A stretch of DNA of 64,000 nt, taken from Alphaproteobacteria bacterium (GTDB taxonomy: Bacteria; Pseudomonadota; Alphaproteobacteria; JBBDQX01). Shown here one piece after another: positions 28,916-37,908 of the stretch. The DNA lies in assembly GCA_965601735.1 (NCBI GenBank), contig OZ271840.1, forward strand, positions 910,590 through 974,589, read 5' to 3'. A program made the translations under genes and the position numbers. Each line of letters begins with the position of its first letter. Position 1 is the first letter of the stretch. The notes below the pieces were generated by a model. It saw only the letters and a list, made by a program, of their open reading frames with translations, was not told the DNA's origin and ran no database searches.

Positions 28916-30034
28916 TCAGATTCCAATGGCTTCTTCTGCCGCGCGGAACGGTAGCTCCAAGGCATCGGCCACGGCCTTGTGCGTCACCGCCCCGGTATGG
29001 ACGTTCAGGCCAGCGCGCAAATGCGCGTCTTCGGCAAGCGCTCGGCGCGTGCCGTCATTAGCGAGAGCGAGCACGAAGGGCAGGGTGGCGTTGTTGAGTG
29101 CGACGGCTGACGTACGCGCCACCGCACCTGGCATGTTGGTGACGCAGTAATGCACGACCCCTTCTTCGACGAAGGTAGGGTCAGCGTGCGACGTCGGCCG
29201 ACTGGTCTCAAAGCAACCGCCCTGGTCGATTGCCACGTCGACCATCACCGATCCGCGCCGCATTCGCGCAACCTGACTGCGATCGACCAACCTTGGTGCC
29301 GCCGCACCCGGCACCAGCACGGCTCCGATCACCAAGTCTGCGTCGACAACAGCAGCATCAACGCTCTCACGGGTGGCAAACACCGTGTTCAGGGCCGCGC
29401 CGTACTGCCGGTCAAGCCGGTCCAGCACTGTCAGGGCGCGGTCAAGGACGGTGACGCGTGCTTCGCAGCCAACGGCCATGCGCACGGCATTAGACCCGAC
29501 GACGCCACCGCCAATGACCGTCACACGCGCCCCTGGCGTCCCGGGAACGCCACCTAGCAGGACACCTGCACCGCCCTGTTCTTTCTCAAGGCAATGCGCG
29601 CCGACCTGTATCGCCATCCGGCCGGCGACCTCACTCATTGGTGCGAGCAGCGGCAGCCCGCCACCAGGCGCGGTGACCGTCTCGTAGGCAATGGCTATCG
29701 CACCACTATCCATTAGCCCACGTGTAAGGTCCGGAGCCGGAGCGAGATGCAGGTAGGTGAATAGGACCTGACCCTCCCGCAGCATCGCCACTTCCGGCGG
29801 CTGCGGCTCCTTGACCTTGATTATCATGTCGGCCGCGCCGAACACCGCGGCAGCGTCTTCCAGGACCGTCGCGCCAGTGGCACGGTAGGCATCATCATCA
29901 AATCCGATCGCCATGCCGGCATTCGTTTCTACAAAAACCACATGGCCAGCATGGACGAGTTCGCGGACGCTCGCCGGTACCAGGCCGACCCGGTATTCAT
30001 GGGTCTTGGTCTCCTTCGGCACGCCGACATGCAT
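28916..30034 (-). CDS. ald: Alanine dehydrogenase
   Basis: [20 protein letters not shown].. N-terminus and NAD-binding ..[13 protein letters not shown].. Confidence 0.94.
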   Translation of the reverse strand: MHVGVPKETKTHEYRVGLVPASVRELVHAGHVVFVETNAGMAIGFDDDAYRATGATVLEDAAAVFGAADMIIKVKEPQPPEVAMLREGQVLFTYLHLAPAPDLTRGLMDSGAIAIAYETVTAPGGGLPLLAPMSEVAGRMAIQVGAHCLEKEQGGAGVLLGGVPGTPGARVTVIGGGVVGSNAVRMAVGCEARVTVLDRALTVLDRLDRQYGAALNTVFATRESVDAAVVDADLVIGAVLVPGAAAPRLVDRSQVARMRRGSVMVDVAIDQGGCFETSRPTSHADPTFVEEGVVHYCVTNMPGAVARTSAVALNNATLPFVLALANDGTRRALAEDAHLRAGLNVHTGAVTHKAVADALELPFRAAEEAIGI

Positions 30035-30054
30035 GGCGTAAATCCTTCAGGGGC

Positions 30055-31353
30055 TCAGGCTGGCGCGGCGCGGAGGCCTCCGTGACGCCGCACCATCCAC
30101 CATAGCAAGGCCAGAGCTGGCAGCGCGAGCGCGGTTGTCAGCAGGAAGAAACCGACCCAGCCCAATCCGGTCGCAGCCACACCGCTGGTGGTCGTAAACA
30201 AGGTGCGGCCAACTGCCATCAGTGAGGATAGGAGAGCATATTGAGTCGCGGTGTAGGCGACATTGCACAGCGCTGAGAGGTAGGCGACGAACGCGGCGGT
30301 TCCCATGCCGCCGGCCACGTTCTCCACCGCAATGGTTAGCGCCAGGACGGCCACGTCGTGACCCACGAGCGCCTGCACCACGAACATCAGGTTGGAACCA
30401 GCCTGCAGCCCCCCCGCGATGAAGAGCGCGGGAATGATCCCCAGGCGCGCCACCAGGAGGCCGCCGGCGAAACTGCCGAGAATGGTCGCCGCCGCACCAA
30501 ACAGTTTGGTGACGTTGGCAATTTCAACCTTGGAGAAGCCCATCTCAATGTAGAACGGGTTGGCCATAGGCCCGATGAACGCATCGCCGAGCTTGTAGAG
30601 CAGGACAAACAGTAGAATGGCGGGCCAAGCCGATTCGCGTGCCATGAATTCCTGTAGCGGCGCTACCACCGCGCCGCGCAGCCACGCCAAGACACCCGGC
30701 CCGGAAGCGGCCTCGGCCGCTGGTGCTGCTGGCTCGGGACAAAGCAAGGTCGCCAGGACGCCCACCCCCATCAGCGCGGCCATCGCGACAAATGCAACCA
30801 CCCACCCTGCAGCACTGGCGATATAGAGGGCGCCGGCGCCAGCCGCGATCATGCCGATCCGGTATCCGAACACGGTCGTGGCCGCGCCAGCGCCATAGCG
30901 TGCCTCATCGAGGATCTCGACCCGGTATGCGTCAATGACAATATCCTGCGTGGCGGACCACCAGGCCACAGCGAACGCCCACAAGGCAGTCCGCCAGGGG
31001 TCTGCGGCTGGATCAGCAAGACCGAGGCCAAGCAAGCTGCCTGCAACCGCAACTTGGCTGAGCAGCAGCCAGGCCCGCCGGCGCCCCAGCATCGCCGTGA
31101 GCAGCGGCAGCGACAGCCGATCGACCAAGGGCGCCCAGATGAATTTCAGCGCGTAGGGCAGACCGACTGCGGCAAACAGGCCGATCGTGGCCTTCGATAC
31201 GCCGGATTCCGCCATCCATACGCTGAGCGTAGAAAGGGTGAGTAGCAGCGGTAGCCCGCTGGAGAAGCCGAAAAAAAACAGCGACAGGACGCGCCGGTCG
31301 CCGTAAAGCCGGGCGGCATCGGCCCAGCTGCGTGCTGGCGCCCGGGCGCCCAG
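30055..31353 (-). CDS. ampG: AmpG-family muropeptide MFS permease
   Basis: Track ORF starts at ATG 31215, but the same frame stays open upstream and encodes the conserved AmpG TM1 (..YGDRRVLSLFFFGFSSGLPLLLTLSTLSVWMAESGVS..). The only start-like codon upstream is CTG 31353. See findings; the 5' end is uncertain. Confidence 0.85.
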   Translation of the reverse strand: MGARAPARSWADAARLYGDRRVLSLFFFGFSSGLPLLLTLSTLSVWMAESGVSKATIGLFAAVGLPYALKFIWAPLVDRLSLPLLTAMLGRRRAWLLLSQVAVAGSLLGLGLADPAADPWRTALWAFAVAWWSATQDIVIDAYRVEILDEARYGAGAATTVFGYRIGMIAAGAGALYIASAAGWVVAFVAMAALMGVGVLATLLCPEPAAPAAEAASGPGVLAWLRGAVVAPLQEFMARESAWPAILLFVLLYKLGDAFIGPMANPFYIEMGFSKVEIANVTKLFGAAATILGSFAGGLLVARLGIIPALFIAGGLQAGSNLMFVVQALVGHDVAVLALTIAVENVAGGMGTAAFVAYLSALCNVAYTATQYALLSSLMAVGRTLFTTTSGVAATGLGWVGFFLLTTALALPALALLWWMVRRHGGLRAAPA

Positions 31354-31354
31354 G

Positions 31355-32371
31355 CTACCGCAGCTCCGCCGGGATCAGCCCGGCCAAAGGTCGCTGAGGC
31401 CGGGCACCCATATGACTGATGATCTCTGCTGCCGCGATTCCACCGATGCGGGCGCAATCGGCGAGCGCGTGCTGCCTCGCCATCCCGTACAGGAACCCGG
31501 CGGCATAGAGGTCTCCAGCTCCTGTGACATCGACCACCCGGTCGACGGGCGCGGCGTCGATGACATGCACCTCGTCACCGCTAACGACCACAGAGCCCTT
31601 GGCACTGCGGGTAAGTGCAGCGGTCTTGCAGATATCCCTGACCTCCTGCATCGCCGAATCAAAGCTGTCGACCTCGAACAGGGAGACGATCTCCTCCTCA
31701 TTGGCGAATAGTAGGTCGACATGGCCATCGATGAGGGCGCGGAAATCACCTCGATGCCGATCAACGCAAAAAGCGTCGGATAAGCTGAGTGCGACAGGCA
31801 CCCCCGCGGCTGCAGCAATTTCCGCAGCCTTGTGAAAGGCCTGCTTACCGCCCGGTGGGTCCCACAGATAGCCCTCAAAGAACACCGTGCCCGCCGCCTG
31901 CACTTGTGCGGGGTCGACGTCTTCCGGACCGATCGCATGGCAAGCACCCAGGAAGGTGTTCATGGTCCGCTCTGCGTCGGGGGTCACCAACACGAGACAG
32001 CGCGCCGTCGGCAGGCCGGAGAGGGCGGGCGCGGTCTCAAACGTGACGCCCGCGGCACGGATGTCATGTCGGAAGATGCCGCCGAGATGGTCGTCGCGGA
32101 CCTTGCCAACAAAGGCGGCGCCGCCACCGAGCGACGCAATGCCGACTGCGGTATTGGCCGCCGAGCCGCCGGAACACTCCACCGCAGCGCCCATGGCGTC
32201 ATACAAGCTCTCGGCCTGCTCAGCGTCGATGAGCGCCATAGCGCCCTTATGCAGCCCCTGTGCAGCCAGAAAGCTGTCCTCGGCCTGGGACAAGACATCG
32301 ACGATGGCATTGCCGATCGCCAGAACATCGACGGGCGCTGCAGCGCTGGAAGCAGAATGAGGGGTTTTCAT
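31355..32371 (-). CDS. PfkB-family carbohydrate kinase, adenosine kinase type
   Basis: ..DVLAIGNAIVDVL.., ..GSAANT.. and C-terminal ..DVTGAGDLYAAGFLYG.. (PfkB signature). Start set at ATG 32371 (MKTPHSAS). Confidence 0.85.
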   Translation of the reverse strand: MKTPHSASSAAAPVDVLAIGNAIVDVLSQAEDSFLAAQGLHKGAMALIDAEQAESLYDAMGAAVECSGGSAANTAVGIASLGGGAAFVGKVRDDHLGGIFRHDIRAAGVTFETAPALSGLPTARCLVLVTPDAERTMNTFLGACHAIGPEDVDPAQVQAAGTVFFEGYLWDPPGGKQAFHKAAEIAAAAGVPVALSLSDAFCVDRHRGDFRALIDGHVDLLFANEEEIVSLFEVDSFDSAMQEVRDICKTAALTRSAKGSVVVSGDEVHVIDAAPVDRVVDVTGAGDLYAAGFLYGMARQHALADCARIGGIAAAEIISHMGARPQRPLAGLIPAELR

Positions 32372-32527
32372 GACGCCGCAGTATAGCGGGGGTGCCTGCG
32401 CCGATAAATCATCCCTGGTCGCCGGGAGTTCACCGTTGCAGGGCAATAAAAAACATGTATATTGAAGCTAATTCAGGCTGTTATCGGACTTTCATTAGAC
32501 TCTTTCATAGAACCGGTGGTTAGTTCG

Positions 32528-33085
32528 GTGTTTCGACGCAACAAGAGTTCTCCGGACATGCTGGAAGACGTCGCCGAAGACGGCGAAGTCCTGACTAGCC
32601 CACCGCCGCTCAAACCCTTTTCGCGCAAGGGCTCCCATATGGCCAAGCAACCGTCGTCCACTGGATATCGCCCGGAAATGCCGCGGCGCACCTTCGATCT
32701 GCCCGGCGCCCGGCGTCCTGAACGGGCAACGACGACACCGGAGGGCAAGGTGCTTACGGTCGGACGGGATATCTCGCTGCAAGGCGAGATCACGTCGTGT
32801 GAGGAATTGATCGTCGAGGGGCGGGTTGAAGCCACTCTGACCCAAGGGCGGCGTGTCGAAATCACTGACAGCGGCTACTTCAAGGGCACCATCGAGATCG
32901 ACGAGGCGGATATTAGCGGCCGTTTCGAAGGCACGCTGCGGGCGCGCCGCAAGCTGATCGTCCGTGGCAGCGGGCAGGTCAAAGGCGACATTCGCTACGG
33001 CGCCGTGGAGATCGAGGCCGGCGGCCAGCTTAGCGGCGACATTGACGTTCTGGGCGACGACGACAAGCCCGACGACTCGAAGTAG
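32528..33085 (+). CDS. Bactofilin-family cytoskeletal protein
   Basis: C-terminal beta-helical DUF583 repeat pattern (..LQGEITSCEELIVEGRVEATL....VEITDSGYFKGTIEIDEADISGRFEGTL.. ..VKGDIRYGAVEIEAGGQLSGDI). In-frame GTG 32528 gives V-F-R-R-N-K-S, resembling the short basic N-terminal peptide common in bactofilins. The track start 32462 lies inside the AT-rich promoter region. Confidence 0.8.
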   Translation: MFRRNKSSPDMLEDVAEDGEVLTSPPPLKPFSRKGSHMAKQPSSTGYRPEMPRRTFDLPGARRPERATTTPEGKVLTVGRDISLQGEITSCEELIVEGRVEATLTQGRRVEITDSGYFKGTIEIDEADISGRFEGTLRARRKLIVRGSGQVKGDIRYGAVEIEAGGQLSGDIDVLGDDDKPDDSK

Positions 33086-33106
33086 CACTGCACGCACTCT
33101 CCGCCA

Positions 33107-33586
33107 ATGATCCCGACTACCGGCCCATCATGTTGCCGATTTGTCGCCGCCTGCTTGGTGTTGCTGGTGGCAGGCTGTGCCTCGCCGCCGCCCGACGCCG
33201 CGGCACCTGCGTCGACAGCCGCAGCCGGTCCGGAGATTTCACCTGACATCGCGCCCGATCCAGCGCCAACGCCGCCGGCGATGCGCGCACCCGCGCCGGC
33301 GCCCCTGCCGCCAGTCAACACCGACCCGAGGCAATTCGTCGGTCTCACCGCCGGGGAACTGGTTGGAAGGCTTGGCATTCCGAGTTTCCGGCGCATCGAC
33401 AGCCCGGCCATGGTTTGGCAGTACCGGGGCGGCAGCTGCATTGTCGATATCTTCTTGTTCCAGGACCGGGGGGACGACAGGGTCTATGAAGTCCTTGTGC
33501 GCCGCCCGAGCGGCGTTCAGCAGATACGCGACGATAATTGCCTCGCTGGCCTCATACGGAGCCGGAGCCTAGCCGCCAGCAGCTGA
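33107..33586 (+). CDS. Lipoprotein of unknown function (Pro/Ala-rich linker plus small C-terminal domain)
   Basis: Lipobox LLVAGC, then PPPDAAAPASTAAAGPEISPDIAPDPAPTPP.. linker, then ..LTAGELVGRLGIPSFRRIDSPAMVWQYRGGSC.. (BamE/SmpA-like flavour, not certain). Lies 21 nt after the bactofilin gene. Confidence 0.6.
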   Translation: MIPTTGPSCCRFVAACLVLLVAGCASPPPDAAAPASTAAAGPEISPDIAPDPAPTPPAMRAPAPAPLPPVNTDPRQFVGLTAGELVGRLGIPSFRRIDSPAMVWQYRGGSCIVDIFLFQDRGDDRVYEVLVRRPSGVQQIRDDNCLAGLIRSRSLAASS

Positions 33587-33594
33587 GTCAGCGG

Positions 33595-34242
33595 TCAGGC
33601 GGTACTCTTCCCCGCAAATCCACAAACATCGGCCACAGCACACGCCGGGCAATCCGGCTTTCGCGCCTTGCAGACGTAGCGTCCGTGCAGGATCAGCCAG
33701 TGATGGGCGTGGCGGCGGAAAACGTCGGGCACTCGCCGCTCCAGCGCCTTCTCGACTGCCAGCGGCGTCTTGCCAGCCGCGAGCCCCGTGCGATTGGAGA
33801 CCCGGAAGATATGGGTATCAACGGCGATCGTCGGCTCGCCGAACGCCACATTCAGGACTACGTTGGCGGTCTTTCGCCCAACGCCCGGCAAGGCCTCCAG
33901 CGCAGCCCGGTCTCGCGGGATCTCGCCGCCATACTGTTCGAGGAGAATTTGGCTCAGCTTGATGACGTTCTTCGCCTTGGTGTTGAACAGGCCGATCGTC
34001 TTAATGAAGCCGCGCAGCTTTTCTTCGCCCAACGCAACCATGGCCGCGGGGTTATCGACCTTCGTGAACAGGGGGCCAGTTGCCTTATTGACGCCAATAT
34101 CCGTCGCTTGTGCGGATAAGACCACGGCGACCAGCAGGGTGTAAGGATTGACGTATTCTAGCTCGGTTACAGGCTCCGGATTAGCGCCAGAAAGACGTTC
34201 GAAGAAGGTCTGAACCTGAGCATTGGTCATTCGTCGGGGCAT
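33595..34242 (-). CDS. nth: Endonuclease III
   Basis: HhH-GPD motifs (..LPGVGRKTANVVLNVAFG..IAVDTHIFRV..) and a C-terminal 4Fe-4S cluster loop (C..RKPDCPACAVADVC). Start set at ATG 34242. Confidence 0.94.
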   Translation of the reverse strand: MPRRMTNAQVQTFFERLSGANPEPVTELEYVNPYTLLVAVVLSAQATDIGVNKATGPLFTKVDNPAAMVALGEEKLRGFIKTIGLFNTKAKNVIKLSQILLEQYGGEIPRDRAALEALPGVGRKTANVVLNVAFGEPTIAVDTHIFRVSNRTGLAAGKTPLAVEKALERRVPDVFRRHAHHWLILHGRYVCKARKPDCPACAVADVCGFAGKSTA

Positions 34243-34370
34243 GGCTGGCTCGCTGGGAAGAGGAGCGGGTGGGCAGCTTACCTGTGGGGCGGGAGGCAGC
34301 CAAACAGGCTGTCGCATGGCCCCGGACACCCATATATGATCCGGGATACCCGCCGCCACGTAGCGCAGCT

Positions 34371-34862
34371 ATGACCACCGCCAACGAGACAACCCTGCCC
34401 TTCGTCGCCAACCTTCATCCGCACCGCAGCCTGGGCGCGCGGGGCTTTCGGACGATGATGGCGGTCATGGTGTTTATCGTCGCGGTCTATGGCGGGGTGT
34501 TTGTTGCGGCAGGCGCCTGGCCGGTGTTGGGCTTCCTGGGCCTGGAAGTCGCGCTGCTCTATGTACTGTTTCAGCTGAACTACCGGGCTGCACGGGAACG
34601 TGAGCATATCCGCATCGACTGCCGCGATACACAAGTCCGCAAGCGCGCTGCAAACGGTCGGGAGACCACCCATGCCTTCCAGACTTTTTGGCTTCGCATC
34701 GAGGAAGATCGGCCAGAGGGGCGCAACGGTACCCTCACACTCCGGTCCCACGGCAAGGCGGTCACCGTAGGGACTTTTCTCAGCCCGCCGGAAAGGCAAG
34801 ACCTCGCCCACGCACTGCGCCGCGCGGTGGCTTCGGTAGGCGGCCCAACCAGCGGCGCATGA
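34371..34862 (+). CDS. DUF2244-family integral membrane protein
   Basis: ..LHPHRSLGARGFRTMM.., two TM helices and ..LNYRAAREREHI.. fit my recollection of DUF2244. Start at ATG 34371 (MTTANE). Confidence 0.6.
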   Translation: MTTANETTLPFVANLHPHRSLGARGFRTMMAVMVFIVAVYGGVFVAAGAWPVLGFLGLEVALLYVLFQLNYRAAREREHIRIDCRDTQVRKRAANGRETTHAFQTFWLRIEEDRPEGRNGTLTLRSHGKAVTVGTFLSPPERQDLAHALRRAVASVGGPTSGA

Positions 34863-34903
34863 TCCGGGTGGCGGCAAGCATGCCCGCCGCCTAACGTGGC
34901 TCC

Positions 34904-35848
34904 ATGACCGAAGCGCCTGATCTGGCCCCCGAGGCTGACCTGCCAGCCGCTGCGCGCGATTACGCCCGCATCGCCGAGGCCATTCGTTATATCGAAGCCA
35001 ATGTAACGGCCCAGCCGGACCTCGCGACCATCGCGGGAGCCGCCGGTTTGAGTCCACAGCATTTCCAGCGGTTATTCACCCGGTGGGTCGGCCTCAGCCC
35101 GACCCGGTTCCTGCACTTTCTGACGCTCGGACACGCACGTGACCGGCTGGCAGCGACTGAGAGCGTCCTCCACGCGGCGCTCGATGTGGGTTTATCTGGC
35201 CCCGGGCGACTACACGACTTGTTCGTGACCCACGAGGCCATGACACCGGGAGAGTACAAGGCCCGTGGTGCGGGCCTCGAAATTCGCTATGGCTTCCACC
35301 CGGGACCATTCGGACTAACGCTGTTGCTGACCACGTCACGCGGCCTTTGCGGACTTGCATTTGCCGACCCTGGCGGGGAAGCCGTTGCGTTGGCCGATAT
35401 GGCCGGCCGCTGGCCGTTGGCCAGTCTAACCGAAGACACGTCGGCGACTGCACCGGCGATGCGGCAAATCCATGCCGCCCTGTGCGGCAGCACGAGCCAG
35501 AGCGATGCGCCGCTCAAACTGCTCTTGGGTGGGACCAACTTCCAGGTGCGGGTCTGGGAAGCGCTGATGCGCATTCCAGAAGGCGCGCTGGTGAGTTACG
35601 AGGACCTGGCAACGCAAATTGGCCGCCGGGATGCTGTGCGCGCTGTCGCTAGCGCAGTCGGCCGCAATCCGATCTCACTTGTCGTGCCCTGCCACCGGGT
35701 GATCCGCAAGGGCGGCTATGTCAGCGGCTACCACTGGGGCCCCACCCGGAAACGGGCCCTCTTGGCCTTTGAAGCGGTGCGGACTGAAGCTGCGTTCCCA
35801 CCGCCGACTCAGTCGACAGATAGCCCAAGCACATCGAACATGCTGTAG
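34904..35848 (+). CDS. AraC-type HTH domain fused to methylated-DNA-[protein]-cysteine S-methyltransferase (Ada/Ogt-like)
   Basis: N-terminal AraC HTH (..LATIAGAAGLSPQHFQRLFTRWVGLSPTRFL..). C-terminal MGMT domain with active site ..LVVPCHRVIRKGG...GYHWG. Confidence 0.88.
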   Translation: MTEAPDLAPEADLPAAARDYARIAEAIRYIEANVTAQPDLATIAGAAGLSPQHFQRLFTRWVGLSPTRFLHFLTLGHARDRLAATESVLHAALDVGLSGPGRLHDLFVTHEAMTPGEYKARGAGLEIRYGFHPGPFGLTLLLTTSRGLCGLAFADPGGEAVALADMAGRWPLASLTEDTSATAPAMRQIHAALCGSTSQSDAPLKLLLGGTNFQVRVWEALMRIPEGALVSYEDLATQIGRRDAVRAVASAVGRNPISLVVPCHRVIRKGGYVSGYHWGPTRKRALLAFEAVRTEAAFPPPTQSTDSPSTSNML

Positions 35849-36624
35849 AGACCAGGCGGACGTCCCTGAAGCCACCGCACCGCCCGGACAGCACCACTGG
35901 CGTAGATTGACCGGTCGGACGCTCGGTGCGTCAACTCTATCCGCTCGCCTGCGCCTGCAAACACGACAGTGTGTTCGCCGACCGCGTCACCGCCGCGCAG
36001 CGCCGCAAAACCGATGCTGCCCCGGGCACGCACCCCTGTTTCACCATCACGGCCCCTTTCGGCCACATCCTCAAGGGCGACACCACGGCCGGCAGCTGCG
36101 CGCCGACCGAGCTCCAGCGCCGTCCCCGAAGGAGCATCGATCTTGTTGCGGTGATGGATTTCGACGATTTCGATGTCAAAGGAATCATCCAGTGCGCGAG
36201 CAACTTGCTGCGACAGCGCGAACAACAGATTCACGCCAGCGGCCGTGTTGGGGGCGAAAACAATTGGCGCAGATTTACCGGCTGCGACCAGAGCCGCCTC
36301 TCCGGCAGCATCGAAGCCGGTCGTGCCGATCACGAGCGGCGTGCCCCGCGCCGCGGCAGCTTCGGCATGGGCGAGGCTGGCCTCAGGATGGGTGAAATCG
36401 ATGACCGCGTCGCAATTATCAAACAAGTCTGCGACGTCATCGCCGACAAGCAAGCCTTGGGGCGCTAGCCCAGCGAGCGTGGCAGCATCACTACCAACCG
36501 TATCACTGCCCGGCCGTGCCGTCGCGGCAGCCAGCACGCAATCTCCAGCCGCGATAACGGCAGCGGTGAGCATCTTGCCCATCCGCCCGCCGCAGCCAGC
36601 TATTCCGACCTTAATGCTGCTCAT
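35809..36624 (-). CDS. dapB: 4-hydroxy-tetrahydrodipicolinate reductase
   Basis: MSSIKVGIAGCGGRMG.. (NAD(P) binding) and ..EIVEIHHRNKIDAPSGTAL.. motifs. Confidence 0.95.
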   Translation of the reverse strand: MSSIKVGIAGCGGRMGKMLTAAVIAAGDCVLAAATARPGSDTVGSDAATLAGLAPQGLLVGDDVADLFDNCDAVIDFTHPEASLAHAEAAAARGTPLVIGTTGFDAAGEAALVAAGKSAPIVFAPNTAAGVNLLFALSQQVARALDDSFDIEIVEIHHRNKIDAPSGTALELGRRAAAGRGVALEDVAERGRDGETGVRARGSIGFAALRGGDAVGEHTVVFAGAGERIELTHRASDRSIYASGAVRAVRWLQGRPPGLYSMFDVLGLSVD

Positions 36625-36658
36625 CGCGCCTCTCCCCCTTGGCGCCTGAAGAGGCGCG

Positions 36659-37813
36659 CTACTCGCGCAGATCCTCCCACAGCTCCTTCACTTTGGTGAA
36701 GAAGCCCTCGGACTGCGGGCTGGTTGTCTTGCCGCCACCGGCCTTCTCGAATTCCCGCAACACCTCTTCTTGTTTACGAGTCAGGTTCACGGGAGTCTCG
36801 ACGGTCGCCTGGATGATCATGTCGCCGCGCGCATCGCTGCGCAGTACCGTCATGCCCTTCCCCTTTAGGCGAAACTGGCTGCCGCTCTGGGTGCCCTTAG
36901 GTATGGTCACGCGCGCCCGCGAGCCGTCGATAGTCGGGACCTCGATACTGCCGCCAAGTGTGGCGGTGGTCATCGGGATGGGTACGCGGCAGAGCACGTT
37001 GACACCATCGCGCTGGAACATGCGATGGGTCTTCACGGTCAAGAAGATGTAGAGATCTCCCGGCGGAGCGCCACGCACGCCCGCCTCGCCTTCACCGGCC
37101 AGCCGGATGCGGGTGCCGTCTTCGACCCCAGGAGGTATGTTGACCTGGAGAACCTTCTCTTTATGGACGCGGCCGGCACCGCTGCAGACCTTGCAGGGGT
37201 TCTTGATCACCACGCCCTGGCCACCGCAGGTCGGACAGGTGCGCTCAATGGTGAAAAAACCCTGCTGGCTTCGGACCTTGCCGGCACCTTGGCAGGTACC
37301 GCAGGTCTCGGCGCCGGCGGACCCTTCAGCGCCGCTGCCATCGCAGGCCTCACAGATGACAGAGGTCGGAACACGGATGTCGGTCTTCCGGCCCCGGAAA
37401 GCGTCCTCCATGGTGATGTTCATGTCGTAGCGGAGGTCAGCCCCCCGGCCTGCGCCACCGCGCGCACCGCGGCGTCCACCGCCACCGCCGCCCATGAAGT
37501 CGCCGAACATTTCTTCGAAAATATCTGCAAAGCCGCCGCCCGCGGCCCCACCGCTGAAGCCGCCGGCGGCCGCGCCAGGGCCGCCGCCTTCGAACGCGGC
37601 ATGGCCGAAGCGATCATAGGCCGCGCGCTTATGGTCGTCCTTCAGCACCTCGTAGGCCTCGTTGACCTCCTTGAAGCGCTGTTCGGCCTCCTTGTCATCC
37701 GGGTTCTTGTCCGGATGATGCTTCATGGCGAGCTTGCGGTACGCCTTCTTGAGTTCCTCGGCTGACGCAGTGCGCCCAACCCCGAGGACTTCGTAGAAGT
37801 CTTTCTTAGCCAT
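36659..37813 (-). CDS. dnaJ: Molecular chaperone DnaJ
   Basis: J domain (..[22 protein letters not shown]..), G/F-rich region and four CxxCxGxG zinc-finger repeats. Confidence 0.97.
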   Translation of the reverse strand: MAKKDFYEVLGVGRTASAEELKKAYRKLAMKHHPDKNPDDKEAEQRFKEVNEAYEVLKDDHKRAAYDRFGHAAFEGGGPGAAAGGFSGGAAGGGFADIFEEMFGDFMGGGGGGRRGARGGAGRGADLRYDMNITMEDAFRGRKTDIRVPTSVICEACDGSGAEGSAGAETCGTCQGAGKVRSQQGFFTIERTCPTCGGQGVVIKNPCKVCSGAGRVHKEKVLQVNIPPGVEDGTRIRLAGEGEAGVRGAPPGDLYIFLTVKTHRMFQRDGVNVLCRVPIPMTTATLGGSIEVPTIDGSRARVTIPKGTQSGSQFRLKGKGMTVLRSDARGDMIIQATVETPVNLTRKQEEVLREFEKAGGGKTTSPQSEGFFTKVKELWEDLRE

Positions 37814-37908
37814 TGCTGCCCCGCGCAGTGGCGCGACCGGGGGGGGCGGCGGCCAAAGGCCGACCGCACAACTGTGTTGCGCGCCCCCCCGTCACACTGG
37901 GTCGGCCG
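37814..37908 (-). promoter_or_regulatory. Highly structured dnaK-dnaJ intergenic spacer
   Basis: G8 run (37839..37846) and C7 run (37882..37888). 5-bp hairpin cggcc-aaa-ggccg (37850..37862). Perfect 8-bp complement ggccgacc (37858..37865) / ggtcggcc (37898..37905). Confidence 0.4.

Noticed and set aside
31271-31278. A8/T8 homopolymer inside the ampG 5' region as a possible frameshift or pseudogene site
   Set aside because: The reading frame is continuous across the run (it encodes F-F-F). The conserved AmpG motif RRVLSLFFFGFSSGLPL spans it, so no frameshift is needed. The anomaly is the missing canonical start, not the homopolymer.
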